Positions 38,334-51,123 of a DNA stretch of 64,000 nt are shown one piece after another. Within the stretch, counting starts at the first letter, position 1. Each line of letters starts with the position of its first letter. Position numbers and translations under genes: made by a program. The DNA comes from Mobula hypostoma (lineage: Eukaryota). The stretch spans positions 123,878,001-123,942,000 of the forward strand of contig NC_086097.1 of NCBI RefSeq assembly GCF_963921235.1, read 5' to 3'. Under the pieces are notes generated by a model. It had not been told where the DNA came from, searched no databases, and saw only the letters and a program-made list of their open reading frames with translations.

Positions 38334-38541
38334 ACAAACATACTCACAGTGGCTACTTTATTGGGCGCTGGAATATTCAGTGGCCACTTTACAGATACAT
38401 AAAGTGGTCACTGAGTGTATCCCTGATAGAGAAGGAACAGGATGTACTAATATATGCAAAGATCCATAGATTATGCATGATTTTAAGTTATGTACCATTC
38501 TCAGCAGTCTAATTTAAAATGATGATAGTGTATTGCTTTAC

Positions 38542-38736
38542 CTTTTGATATTTTGAGGTGTCCATTTCAAGCATTTTGACCCAAGGTACCAGTAACAAGA
38601 TGAGTATATGCTCCTCTAGATGATCAAACAGCTCTTCAAAGGGTGGTTCCAGTTTATTGTAGATGCTTTTCTGATTCTCGATATCTAATTTGACATCTGC
38701 GGGGGCCCCTTCAACCGTGTAGGTGGCAAAAATGAA
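38542..38736 (-). CDS. RGS22: RGS22 coding exon, phase 0-0
   Basis: AG/GTAAAG, 195 nt, FIFATYTVEGAPADVKLDIENQKSIYNKLEPPFEELFDHLEEHILILLLVPWVKMLEMDTSKYQK. Confidence 0.95.
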
Positions 38737-39139
38737 CTGTAGCAGGAGGACGGATCATAAAAAAGGTTCAGCATGTAGTTAGAGATGTCCAAAAGGTCTG
38801 TTAGAGTTTCACATACAAAATGCTGGACAAACTAAAACACTGATGTTTCGGACCCAGACTCTTCATCAGGACTGGGTCTCGGACCGAAGTGCCGACTTGA
38901 TATTCCTCTCCATAAATGTTGCCGGACCTGCCGAATTCCTTCAGCATTCTCTGCGTGTTACTCAGGATTTCCAGCTTATGGAGAACCTCTTGTGCTTATC
39001 AGTTACAATTTCCACCATTTCCTAAAATTACACACTTTCTTCCCATTATACTCCAGGACTGAAGAAGAATAAACCTCATAAACCCTGGCAGTGCACTTGA
39101 GTAAAATCATTCAAAACATGGAAGATTTCTAAACTTCCA

Positions 39140-40612
39140 GGGATATGGATAAATGGATGATGTGTCACAGTCTGGGGATATGGATAAATGGATGGTATGT
39201 CACAGTCTGGGGATATGGATAAATGGATGGTGTGTCACAGTCTGGGGATATGGATAAATGGATGGTGTGTCACAGTCTGGGGATATGGATAAATGGATGG
39301 TGTATCACAGTCTGGGGATATGGATAAATAGATGATGTGTCACAGTCCGGGGATATGGATAAATAGATGGTGTGTCACAGTCCAAGGATATGGATAAATG
39401 GATGGTATGTCACAGTCTGGGGATATGGATAAATGGATGGTGTGTCACAGTCCGGGGATATGGATAAATGGATGGTGTGTCACAGTCTGGGGATATGGAT
39501 AAATGGATGATGTGTCACAGTCTAGGGATATGGATAAATGGATGGTGTGTCACAGTCCGGGGATATGGATAAATGGATGGTGTGTCACAGTCTGGGGATA
39601 TGGATAAATGGATGATGTGTCACAGTCTGGGGATATGGATAAATGGATGGTGTGTCACAGTCTGGGGATATGGATAAATGGATGATGTGTCACAGTCTAG
39701 GGATATGGATAAATGGATGGTGTGCCACAGTCTGGGGATATGGATAAATTGATGATGTGTCACAGTCTGGGGATATGGATAAATGGATGATGTGTCACAG
39801 TCTGGGGATATGGATAAATGGATGGTATGTCACAGTCTGGGGATATGGATAAATGGATGGTGTGTCACAGTCTGGGGATATGGATAAATGGATGGTGTGT
39901 CACAGTCTGGGGATATGGATAAATGGATGGTGTGTCACAGTCTGGGGATATGGATAAATGGATGGTGTGTCACAGTCTGGGGATATGGATAAATAGATGA
40001 TGTGTCACAGTCCGGGGATATGGATAAATAGATGGTGTGTCACAGTCCAAGGATATGGATAAATGGATGGTATGTCACAGTCTGGGGATATGGATAAATG
40101 GATGGTGTGTCACAGTCCGGGGATATGGATAAATGGATGGTGTGTCACAGTCTGGGGATATGGATAAATGGATGATGTGTCACAGTCTAGGGATATGGAT
40201 AAATGGATGGTGTGTCACAGTCTGGGGATATGGATAAATTGATGATGTGTCACAGTCTGGGGATATGGATAAATGGATGGTATGTCACAGTCTGGGGATA
40301 TGGATAAATGGATGGTGTGTCACAGTCTGGGGATATGGATAAATGGATGATGTGTCACAGTCTAGGGATATGGATAAATGGATGGTGTGTCACAGTCTGG
40401 GGATATGGATAAATTGATGATGTGTCACAGTCTGGGGATATGGATAAATGGATGATGTGTCACAGTCTGGGGATATGGATAAATGGATGATGTGTCACAG
40501 TCTGGGGATATGGATAAATGGATGATGTGTCACAGTCTGGGGATATGGATAAATGGATGGTGTGTCACAGTCCGGGGATATGGATACTGTGAATGGTGTG
40601 TCACAGTCCAGG
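39140..40612. repeat. 35-bp minisatellite, about 42 copies
   Basis: Unit TCTGGGGATATGGATAAATGGATGGTGTGTCACAG, head-to-tail with no spacers. Confidence 0.98.
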
Positions 40613-41309
40613 GAGATCTTTCGCTCTAATTGGGATTGAATGGTCTAAATGAACATAGCAGTAATGAGCGATCTGATGGTTTCCATAGCAACCATCACGC
40701 TGACCAGAGTCAAGAGTAGCCTTCAGTTCACTTCAGCAGTCCTGTTTTTTGTGCTAGTGCAGAGACCCAAAGGAGACTGTCTACAGGATGGGCTCTTGGT
40801 GTGCATCCTGTTGAAGAAGTTTACTTGTCTCATAAAACCTCAGAACCAGAATCTGGTTTAATATCACAGGTATATGTTGTGAACGGTGTTTTGTGGCAGC
40901 AGTACATTGCAATACATAAAGAATCTATAAAGTACAATAAAAAATTTACAGTGTGTATAGTAAATTAAATAAGCAGTATGAAAGAGAGCAAAATAGTGAA
41001 GTAGTCTTCATAGACCATTCGGAAATGTAATGGAGGAGGGGAAGAAGCTGTTCCTAAAATGTTGAGTGTGTGTCTTCAGGCTCCTGTACCTCCTCCCTGA
41101 TGGAGGCAAAGTGAAGAGTGCATGCCCTGGGCACCGGGAGTCCTCAATGATGGAACTTTGAAGGACGCACTCTGTACGGCCAGTTGTCAAAGAACCCCGG
41201 AAAGTAGCTGATAAAATCCCAAGCTGAAGGCATTGTGGAAGATGTGGCACAGATGTATGACAAGATGATAATCACGATAACATACTGCATCGGCTCTCTA
41301 ACAATTAGA

Positions 41310-41527
41310 ACAGTAGCAAAGTGGTTAGTGTACTGCAGACCCGGCTTCACTGCCCACCACTGTCTGTAAGGAGTTTGTACGTCTCCCCGTGACCCCGTGG
41401 GTTCCGACTTTCTCCCACATCCCATTGACATACCGGTTAGTGGGTTAATTGGTGACATGGGTGTAACTGGGTGGTGTGGGCTCACTGGGCCAGGAGGGAC
41501 TGTTACAGTGCTGTATCTCAAAATAAA
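41310..41527 (+). mobile_element. V-SINE
   Basis: ctgtaaggagtttgtacgtctccccgtgaccccgtggg..tcccacat. Confidence 0.7.
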
Positions 41528-42884
41528 AAGACAGACAGATAAACCAGACCAGACCAAACCAAACCAGGAGTCTGTAGAGATCTGCCATTTTGCCTCAGTC
41601 CCCTGTTTTGGTGTATATACTCAGTTAACAGTTCATCCCAAACACTTTATGAGGTTTAGCTATAAATTATTACATCTTGCACTGTATAAAGTTCATGAGG
41701 TTTTAATTTCCTCTCAAGGTACAAGATTCAAAATGTATTAATTATGGATACATTGAAATATACGGTGAAATGCTAACAACCAACAGACCCGAGGATGTGC
41801 TGGGGGCAGCCACACATTCCAGTACCAACATAGCATGCCCTCAATGCTCAGCAGAAAAACACAGAACATAACTAGCACCAAAACAACAGCAACACAAGCC
41901 CCATCCCTCCCTCCCTCCCACCCACCCACCCACAGCATACACGGTGCTCTAACCCCAGGACATGATGTTGTGTTCGGCCTCAAGCTCTCAGTTAGGTTGT
42001 TGATGGCGTGGTGTTTGAAATTGTTGTTGTTTCAGCCCCTGCCCCCTGCCATAAACTGATGAGATCGACTGAGATCCTCATTCTAGCCACAGCTCTCCAT
42101 CACTTTCCATAAGCATCTCAGAGTACAGATTCAATCCTGCCTGACCCATCCCTAGCTGTAGCTGATGAAATATGCATGGTTGCATTGAAATTAATGTTGC
42201 TACAAGCATCAGAACTGGAATTGATTATACAACATTGTTTACTGACCTAGCCAAGATAACAAAAGAAATCTTGTCAACTCCACGTGGGTATAGCATGTCT
42301 TCAAAGGTCAGCAGGGTGAGCTGGGGAGAGGGGGAAGGGCTGTCAATACGTGGGATGTGATTGGCTGGAGAGTAGTCACATGGGGCAGGTGTTTGATTGT
42401 AGAACTGGGTGAGGAGACGTCCATGTAACTTACTTATAAAAAAGTTTTAATATCTCTCCTGACTATGACTTTCCTATAGACTCACTTTCAAGGTCACTAC
42501 AACTCATGTTCCTACTATTATTTATTTACTTATTATTATCATTTTTTTGTATTTGCCCAGTTTGTCTTATTTTGCACATTGGTTGTCAGTCTTTGTCTAG
42601 TTTTTCATTGATTCTATTGTATTCTTTTGTTCGACTGTGAATGCTTGCAAGGAATTGAATCTCAGGATCAAACATGGTGACATATATATACTTTGATGAT
42701 AAATTTACTTTGAACTTAGAACTGACTCAGAATGGCCCATTTTCCTGGAATTTCAAACTACATATCATATCTGGTCTCATTACACTTCCATTTATGATTC
42801 TGAGATATTCTTCAACACAAACTCAAGCATTCAAACAGTAATTGGAAAACTAATTACTGAAACAACAGATATTTCAATGCTTGC

Positions 42885-42986
42885 CTGTGCTTGCCTCTTG
42901 AGCTTAAATGGTTGAAAGATTTCTGCATAAAAGAGTCGCTGATATTCCTTCAGCTCAAACCACAAGTCCACACTATTACACCATAG
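42885..42986 (-). CDS. RGS22: RGS22 coding exon (RGS-like domain), probable GC donor
   Basis: TTTTACAG acceptor, 102 nt, LWCNSVDLWFELKEYQRLFYAEIFQPFKLKRQAQ, followed by GCAAGC. Confidence 0.9.
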
Positions 42987-43617
42987 CTGTAAAACAGGTA
43001 GAAGCCAAATTAGTTCACGGTCACACAGTCATAGGGAGCCCCTGGACTGTGGATTCATTTTGCATGAATTTTAGGAGAAAATTGGACGGATAAGTGAGTG
43101 TGTGTGCAGGAGAGAGCTGGGGTGTGTGGAGATTACCTGAAATGGGTGAATGGGAAAATTCAATGCTAGTACCATTGTTACCCCAAGTGAACATGAGATT
43201 GCTTTTTGGCTTCTCTGTACATGGAGAATAGACATGTTGCTATGGGAGTGGGAAGGGGAATTAAAATGACACGTAACTGGAAGCTCAAGGTGGCCGACAT
43301 GGACAGAGTGCATGTGCTCTGGAAAACATTTGCCTTGTAATGAACACAATACGCTGTAGGAACTCATTCTAACTTCTTCCCCCATTCTGATGAAGGGTCT
43401 CAGACTGAAAGGCCGGCGGTTGATTCCCCTCCATAGATGCTGCCTGGCCTGCTGCATTTTGAGTTTGTTGTTCTGGATTTCCAGCATCCGCAGAATCTCT
43501 TGCATTTGCTTGGTCTCATCGACAAGGAGGTGGTTATGTTATGAGGCTGGAAGAGGTGTGGGTGAATGGATGTTTAAGGTGCCTAACCTATCCAAAAAAA
43601 AAGTTTGTTTCACTTAC

Positions 43618-43743
43618 CTCATTTCCTGTTTCCTTGCAAAAATTTGTGAAGAAGTATCCTGTTCTGCTTTCATTATGAAGGGCATGGAGCAGGTCATTAA
43701 TTTTATAGTCACACAGTGGATCGTGATACTTTGTGATGTGCAT
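43618..43743 (-). CDS. RGS22: RGS22 coding exon, phase 0-0
   Basis: TTTTTAG/GTAAGT, 126 nt, MHITKYHDPLCDYKINDLLHALHNESRTGYFFTNFCKETGNE (cf. recalled ENRAGFFFTKFCEHSGNK). Confidence 0.92.
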
Positions 43744-45089
43744 CTAAAAACAATACAATCAGAATTAATTAATTAGTTATGCATAAAGCTCTAAATCTGC
43801 ATGGAACTCCATGGCCCTCGTTTCTCCTGCCCATATGGAACTCCAGTCCTGGAACCCACCAACAACTCACTGACCCGGGGAGTGGGGGGAGGGCGCCAGC
43901 TCTCGCCACTGCTGGCCTGCAGGCCCGACGTCCCGACGTCCGACCACATATTGTCTCTGTGTCTCTGACTTTTGAACATGGAGCGGAGGCTTAGACTCTG
44001 GCCTGATCTCCAATTCCCCCACAGCCCTGTCCTTAAACCCTAACGTGATCCCTAATTCCTCCTCTCTGTTCCAATGAGTCTTTAAAAAAAGGCTAGCGAC
44101 CCCCTAGGTACGTGAATCAGAGACACCAGAGTTCGAGGCCTGGTGTTCGGGGCCCCATCATCGGCGAGCCTGGAGCGCGCGTCCTCATTCGTCATCGTCA
44201 GTGAGTCCCGGGGCCCATGCCAAAGTTCGAAGCCCTAAGGTTGATCAGAAGTCTGAAAGTTGAGGCCCTCTGGTCTGAATCTTTGCAAGCCTACTGGAGA
44301 AGCTGAAGGCCCAACACCTGTGGCTCTGAGTCCGCAGCAGGCCGAAGGGGGCCTGTCCTGGGGTGGGTGGGTGTGAGAGAGGAAAGGAGCTTGCCTTGGT
44401 GTTGTTGTTTTGTTGCTTGTTGTTATCTGCTCTGCCATGATGGAATACTGGCACAGACTCAATGGGCTGAAGAGCCTAATTCTGCTCCTATGTTTAATGG
44501 TTTTATGGTGTTTTGTTTTGTTGTGTTCTACGTTGTTCTGCCGAGCATTGTAGGCTCTGCTGGTGCTGGAATGCACGGCGACACTTGCAGGCTGCCCCAC
44601 CCCGCACATCCTCAGGTGTGTTGGTTGTTAACACAAACGACATACTTCACTGTAGGTTTCCATGTACCCATGATAAATCTTAATCTGACGGCACCCAACT
44701 TTCTGCCATGGCCCTTGGTTATGTGCAATATAAATTGTGTATGATTTCTGTTTAATTGATGTTTCTTCTTGTGAATGCTGCTGATCTGAAGCTATCTCCC
44801 TATGATGCTGCTGCAGGCAGGTTTCTCACTGCACGTGTGCACACGACAATAAACTCCAACGTGTTTCAAGGTTCAAGATTGTTTAATGTCATTTCCTCCA
44901 CACAAGTGTAAAGGAAAACAAAATAATTGTTACTCTGGATCCAATGCAGCACAAAGAAAAAACATACTCAAAAGATAAATAACCCAATAATAATAGAAAA
45001 ACAATAAATATAAATACATAAGACAGCTTTTATATACTGTTTTCCTGCAATTCCATCAGAATAAGGCTGATGTACCCCACCGGTTCTTC

Positions 45090-45775
45090 TAATTCAAATT
45101 CAAAGTCAGTATCAAAATAAATTTACTATCAAGGTATGTGTATTATTATCAAGCTTTTTTTGCAGACACTTACAGGAAAATAAAAGTACAATAGAATATG
45201 TGAAAACCTATACATAAACAAGGACTGACAAACAATCAAGGTGCAGAAGAGGACAAGTTGTGCAAATAACAAAATAAATAAATAATGCCAAGAGCATGAG
45301 TTGTAGGGTCCTTGAAAGTGAGTCTGTAGGTTGTGGAATCAGTTCAGTGTCAAGGTGAGTGGAATTATCCATGCTGATTCAGGAGCCTGATGGTTGAGGG
45401 GTAATAACTGTTCCTGAATCTGATGGTGTGGGACCGCAGGCTCCTCTACCTCCTGCCCGATGCCAGCAGTAAGAAGAGAGCATGGTCTGGAAGGCCAGGA
45501 TCCCTAATGATGGATGTTGCTCTCTTGTGCTTCAAACAGCACAATAAAATCTGCCAGACCAAAATGAGGATGGATGCTGCTTTCTTGTGGCAGAACTCAC
45601 TGTAACGGTGCTCAGTGGTGGTGGGGGAGGGGGGGGGGTTGCCTGTGATGGACTGAGCTGTATCCACCACTTTCTGTAGAGTTCCAATCTTGTCCATTGG
45701 CATTTCCATACCAGGCCACGATGCAATCAGTTACAATGCCCTCCACCGTGTATCTATAGAAGTTTGTCAAAGTTC
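45090..45775 (-). mobile_element. Rex1-like LINE 3' end (same tail family at 4095-4400, 14750-15085, 47595-48130, 60540-61055)
   Basis: KAASII.DP.HPGHALF.LL.SGRR remnant plus shared 3'UTR. Confidence 0.7.
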
Positions 45776-45949
45776 TGATCTGAACTTAACTGACACCACC
45801 CACTTGCACAATCATGTCATCATTCGCCTTACTGAAGTTCAGTTCCCTGCTCCTGGGGCTGATACACACACTGAAACATTTCTCATACACACACTTGACC
45901 AGCCCAATACCATTCTCATTGTTGTTCCTCTCCACGCCTTTTGAAGCAC

Positions 45950-46119
45950 TGGGTGGCAACCTTGCCGTTTCTTCAGCATTTTGTCTGTTTTATGTGAGGC
46001 CGAGTTGCTAGCTCGACACTCAACCCAGCACAGATGGAAAGCTTGCAAGGAGCTGGCCGGATTCGAGCTGGGCATCACTCGCCTCAAAGTCAGCTGCGGA
46101 TGCCCCTACACCACCGGCC
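45950..46119 (-). mobile_element. tRNA-headed SINE
   Basis: Reverse complement ggccggtggtgtagggg (A box) ... gctcgaatcc (B box) followed by a non-tRNA body. Confidence 0.6.
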
Positions 46120-46877
46120 AATACCGTTCTTGAGTGCCTCCAAGATTATAACTTCATAAATCTGACTTAATTCCACCCAAAACCTCCTGCCAACTATCAC
46201 TTTTAATAAGGACCTATTCAGCTGACTTTCTGAAACAGACGAGAAACAGCCATTAAAGCTCCCTAGTGTCTGAAATTTCTACCTTGGAATAAAGCTATTG
46301 TTTGTCTAGCCTATCTGAACCTTGCACAATTTTTTGTAAGCTTCTCAGACTCCAACGCTCAAGAGAAAACAATCCATGTGTGCCCAAATTCGTCTTATAG
46401 TTAATAATCTAGGCAGCATTCTGGGAAACTTCTTCTGCACCCTTTCCAAAGCCTCCACATCCTCCCTCCTCTCCAGGGAGAAAAGAGGTGCAACCCAATG
46501 AAAGTTTTATACAACTACAACGTAACTTCCTGATTCTTAAACTCAATGCCCCAACCGCTGAAGAAAAGCAGACCGTGGTCCTTCTTTACCACTCAATCTT
46601 CTTGAGTTGTCACTTTCAAGGAGTTTTTGACTTGTAACTCTTTGTAAATCAACATATATTTAAAACTATTTTGTTGGTACTCTGTGAAAACTATTAGGAT
46701 AGATAGAGCGGGAGCTTAAACATGATTTCAGGCTGCTTTTGATTTATAACTTGATTTTGCTCAAAATAAGTACCTTTACATTTCACAGTTCATTCTGCTG
46801 GTCAAAGGCAGATGTTACTTTGCTAAGATATTTCTCAACCCTGTTCTGTTAGTTGAAGTTTCTGGCCGAGTACTTAC

Positions 46878-46989
46878 TGATGTCTTTAAATTGTGGATTT
46901 CCTTTGCTTTCCGTAATGCCAACTCGTTGAAAGCTTTCATAGATTCTGAGATTTTCATTGAAATATCACATTTTGAAGTGTTAACATGT
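46878..46989 (-). CDS. RGS22: Probable RGS22 linker exon, phase 2-0
   Basis: Strong polypyrimidine TTTTCTTTTCAG acceptor and GTAAGT donor, 112 nt. Only one frame is open: HVNTSKCDISMKISESMKAFNELALRKAKEIHNLKTS. Confidence 0.7.
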
Positions 46990-48347
46990 CTGAAAAGAAA
47001 ATAAGAGACAATTTAGGGAAAAAAATGAGTATAAAAAATTTCGAGGAATCTTTAACATAGACAGAACCCATAACTAGTAAGATGTATCATGAACTACTGG
47101 CAGATCAATTTGCTTCATTAAGGCAATCTTTTAAGAAAAAATGGACAGTTATGAGAATACATAGAATTCTGATAATCTGACAAATTTGAGATTTTAGATT
47201 ATCAAATTAGCGGGACATTACTTCTAACACATTTTTAATTCACCTTTGCCCATTAGGGACTATATTTAGTTATGTGAATATAGCAGATATTAAGTCAAGG
47301 AAGAACCAGTCTTCAGTTCTTACTGTAAATTGCAAGCAGTAAATTAAAGTTAAAAGCAAAAGCTAGTCCACAGACTAAGAGATATTGTTTACAAAATGGT
47401 GACCATGATATATTTGCATATGCATTAGCCAAATGTTAAGACAATGGGGTTGTGTTAATTGGTCTGCATCAAACCAGACATCTATGGGTTTAAGTAATTT
47501 GCACCACTGTAAATTAAATAAACTCAGGAAACTTGAAATTAGTTTGTCCCAGCAGGGGTGTTTGAACTTTCAGAGGTGTCTCCCACTGTACAGATCAAAA
47601 TCAAAGTTCAAATACATTTATTATCAAAGTACATATATGTCACCATATGTCGCCCTGAGATTCATTTGCTTGTGGGCATACTCAACAAATCCATAATTAA
47701 TAACCATAACTACACCAACTTGTTCATTCAACCAGTGTGCAAAAGTCAACAAACTGTGCAAATGCAAAAAGAAAGAAGAAAGAGTAATAATAATAAATAA
47801 GAGATAAATATTGAGAACATGAGATGAAGGGTCCTTGAAAGTGAATCTTTAGGTTGAGGGAACATTTCGATGATGGGGTAAGTGAAGTAGAGTGAAGTTA
47901 CCCCCTTTGGTTCAGGAGCCTGATGGTTGACAGGTAATAGCTGTTCCTTAACCTGGTGCTGTGAGTCTTGAGGTCCGTGTACATTCTTCCTGATGGCAGC
48001 AACGAGAATAAAGTATGTCCTGGGGGAGTGGGGTCCCTGATGATGGATGCTGTTTTCCTGCAACAATGTTTCATGTATATGTGCTCAATGGGCTTTGCCC
48101 ATGATGGACTGGGCCATATCCACTACTTCTGCAATTCAAAGGAAGCAGTGTCAAACGAAAGAATTGAAGTATACAATGTCTTTGTAAGTATTGAATTGTA
48201 CTGTTACCATTGATCTTACGGGTATAAAATGTGATGTGCTTTGGAGTTTGGAAGACTCCAGAAGAATGCTTGCTTGCTGTGATGAATAGACATCCATATC
48301 ACCAGCTTCACTGTCTCTCCGGTGACTTTGATCACAGTTACAGCAGT

Positions 48348-48365
48348 TGGGGGCTCAACTGGGAT
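48348..48365 (+). promoter_or_regulatory. Retroviral primer-binding site, tRNA-Pro type
   Basis: TGGGGGCTCAACTGGGAT versus canonical Pro PBS TGGGGGCTCGTCCGGGAT (15/18), just after an LTR-like CA end. Confidence 0.7.
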
Positions 48366-50463
48366 ATGTTCTTGACCCACTGTGTGGGCAGTGACTTAAG
48401 CAGTCTAAGGGGTGAGTATTTTTAAGAGAAGCACCCACACTTAGATCTGTTCAGATCTATGACCACGGAATCACAAAGTATCAAAGAACAAAACGGTCAG
48501 TTGAAATGCTGGATATAAAAGAGGTGTGTGTGTTTGTGTAAGGGACCAGCTATCACAGTTTTGGGTAGCTTGGTGACACAGGAGCACAAGCTGTGAACAC
48601 TCTGGATGTTCAGGACACTGTATATAGTGGTATACTTGCTTGTGAGTGTATTTGTGTGTTTTTAAGAATAAGTTTGAAGCTTTGGAGTTTTATACGGAAG
48701 GAGTGATACAGGCACCATGAGTTCAGTGGACAGAAGTGGAAGATTGCAGAGTACATACACTGTGGTTTGAACTAAGTTTGTACTGCTTAATTTTTATCCA
48801 TCCCTTATGTTTTGCTTAGAATGGGATTTAGTGTGGAAGTATTTGAGTGAATGGTTATATCTAGGTGTATCTATTGGGATGGCACATATTGAGGTGAGAC
48901 AATGTCTGGTTAAGAATCCTGATGATCCCAGCCAGCCCTTGACCCTGATTACCACCATTCACAGACCCTTCACTCCCGGGGAGAAGCAGGGCATTTTATC
49001 TGAGCTGCCCTCACTTAAAGTTACTTGTGGGAATTCAGAATTCTGGCGCAAGCTCGAAGAAATAATTGAACTTCACCAGATGATATCTTCAAAAGACATA
49101 CATGTCTTGGTAAAAGTGAAATGCCCAAAGAATATATGGGATAGTATGATAATACGAGAGAGTGTGGATGGTACTTGGACAACTAACAAGGAGAGGTACC
49201 GTTTCTTTAAGGGGGGAGTGAGGCAGCGGCTGGGGGGAGGTGAGAGTAATTGGGGAATGACAACATTGGAGGTTCAGAGAGTCGGTGAGGCCACCATGGG
49301 TCATGCAAAGCACAAATATCAAGCAGATGATGAGTATTCAGAGTAGGACAATCCTGGTAAGGATGATCCAGTCTTCCTGACCAGGAAGTTTTAGATTTGG
49401 GGATAACAGTGGGATTGACCTACCCAGTGATAGTTCTGTGGGGTAGAACAGAGGAGAGGGAAGCAAAGTTGTAAGGTGTCCGTAGTGAACGTAGCTGCTG
49501 TGATGTCACAGAGGGCTTGTTCTATGTGCCAGCAACCAGAAAACCAAGCAAGGAGCTTTGGGAGTAGACCGGGAAGAGTAAAGGAGATGATATATTACTG
49601 CTGCGGCCTATTGGGCCATAGCTGGAGGTGGTGTCCTACAAAGAGAGGAAGGTGTGGGGGTCACTCACCAAAACAGGAAGAAATCACAGCAGTGCCTTTT
49701 CTATCTGATTTGACTGCTGGCCAGATTATAGAACTAATGAAGGCAGTGTTCAGGTCAGATAAACTGCTGGAGGCAGCATGCACTGCTAGTAGTGGACACC
49801 CACAGATGTACTGTACACAGAAGGTTTATTGGGGGCCAGCAATGTGTTATGTTAGTGGGCACAGAATCATCAGTATCCATGACTGATCTACCCTCGTCGA
49901 TGCCTGCAGAGGCACTCGTACCCAGTGCAGGGTGTGAAACTACGAGGGCAGAGAGAAGTGAGCCTCATGTACTTGAGATTGAAGGGGCGCAGCCTCCATC
50001 AGATTTTTGGGTGTGCCCAAAGATTATTTTGGGTACCAAAACAATGAGGGTACCGTCCTGGGGACAGACACTCTAAATAAGGCAGGTGCTATCATAGACT
50101 CAGGAAAGGGAGAAATAACATGGACAAGACAGGGACAGTGAACAGGTATAATCCCCAGAGCAGACAACATGGCTCATCGAGAGAGAGCAGCCCCACAGAG
50201 GGACAGGACACGGGACGATGTGCATGGCAGGAGGTCCTAAACTAGGGCCCAAACACAGTCAAGAAGTGTTAAAATCAGTGTGGCTGCCTTCAGAGAACAC
50301 AACAATTAAAGCAAAGACACAACAGAAAGGGGAAAGGAACGAGTAGAATGAGAATGAACATGCAGGTCACAGGGAGAGAGCAACAGAGAACTTGGGATGA
50401 CAGAAGTTGAAACTGTGAAGGAAGAAACTATTGGAGCTAATTTAGTGAAATAAATAAACCGGA

Positions 50464-51123
50464 GAAGAGGAGAAGATGGCGGCGCGACGGCAGCGCGCGC
50501 GTCCTCTCCGGTGATGAGTATCTGTTATCTGTCAAGTAGGGGACCGTGCACAATTCTGATTTGATGGAGACAGACGTGAGAGTACGGAGGAGCATCTGGA
50601 AAACTTCTGAAATGCTCGCTTCGCTGCCGCTGCTACTGTGTGGTAACCGGAACCTCCGGAGCAGAATGCCCTGAAATCCTCGGCTTTGCGTGTTTCAGCG
50701 GCCGGGGCGAGGTCGAAGACACTCAGCAGAGGATGGCGCTCGGGAGGGTGTATCGGAGGACTGGTCAGAGGCTCGAAGTTTTCGGACGGATGGACTCAGT
50801 GTCGGCTGTGGTCGGCTGCTTCCAAGGCATCGGCAGTTGTCGGTGCCTTGGAGGTTTATGGCAGGGAGTTTCTCCCTTTTGCTGCCTGCTATCGGGGACT
50901 CTTTTGAGACTTTTTTTACCGTGCCCATGGTTTGTTCTTCATCAAATTATGATATTGCTTTGCACTGCTGTAACTATATGTTATAATTATGTGGTTCTGT
51001 CAGTGTTAGTCTTTGGTTTGTCCTGTTTTCTGTGATATCACTCCGGAGAAACATTGTATCGTTTCTTAATGCATGTATGCATTTCTAAATGACAATAAAA
51101 GAGGACTAAGTGTTCTCATAATC
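50464..51123 (+). mobile_element. CpG-rich non-autonomous retroelement (related copy at approx. 56900-57411)
   Basis: Begins aagatggcggcg and ends atgacaataaaag..cataatc. The second copy has an (ataatc)3 tail. Confidence 0.75.

Noticed and set aside
39140..40612. CRISPR-like array (35-bp periodicity)
   Set aside because: Units are contiguous with no unique spacers, there are no cas genes, and the context is a vertebrate intron.
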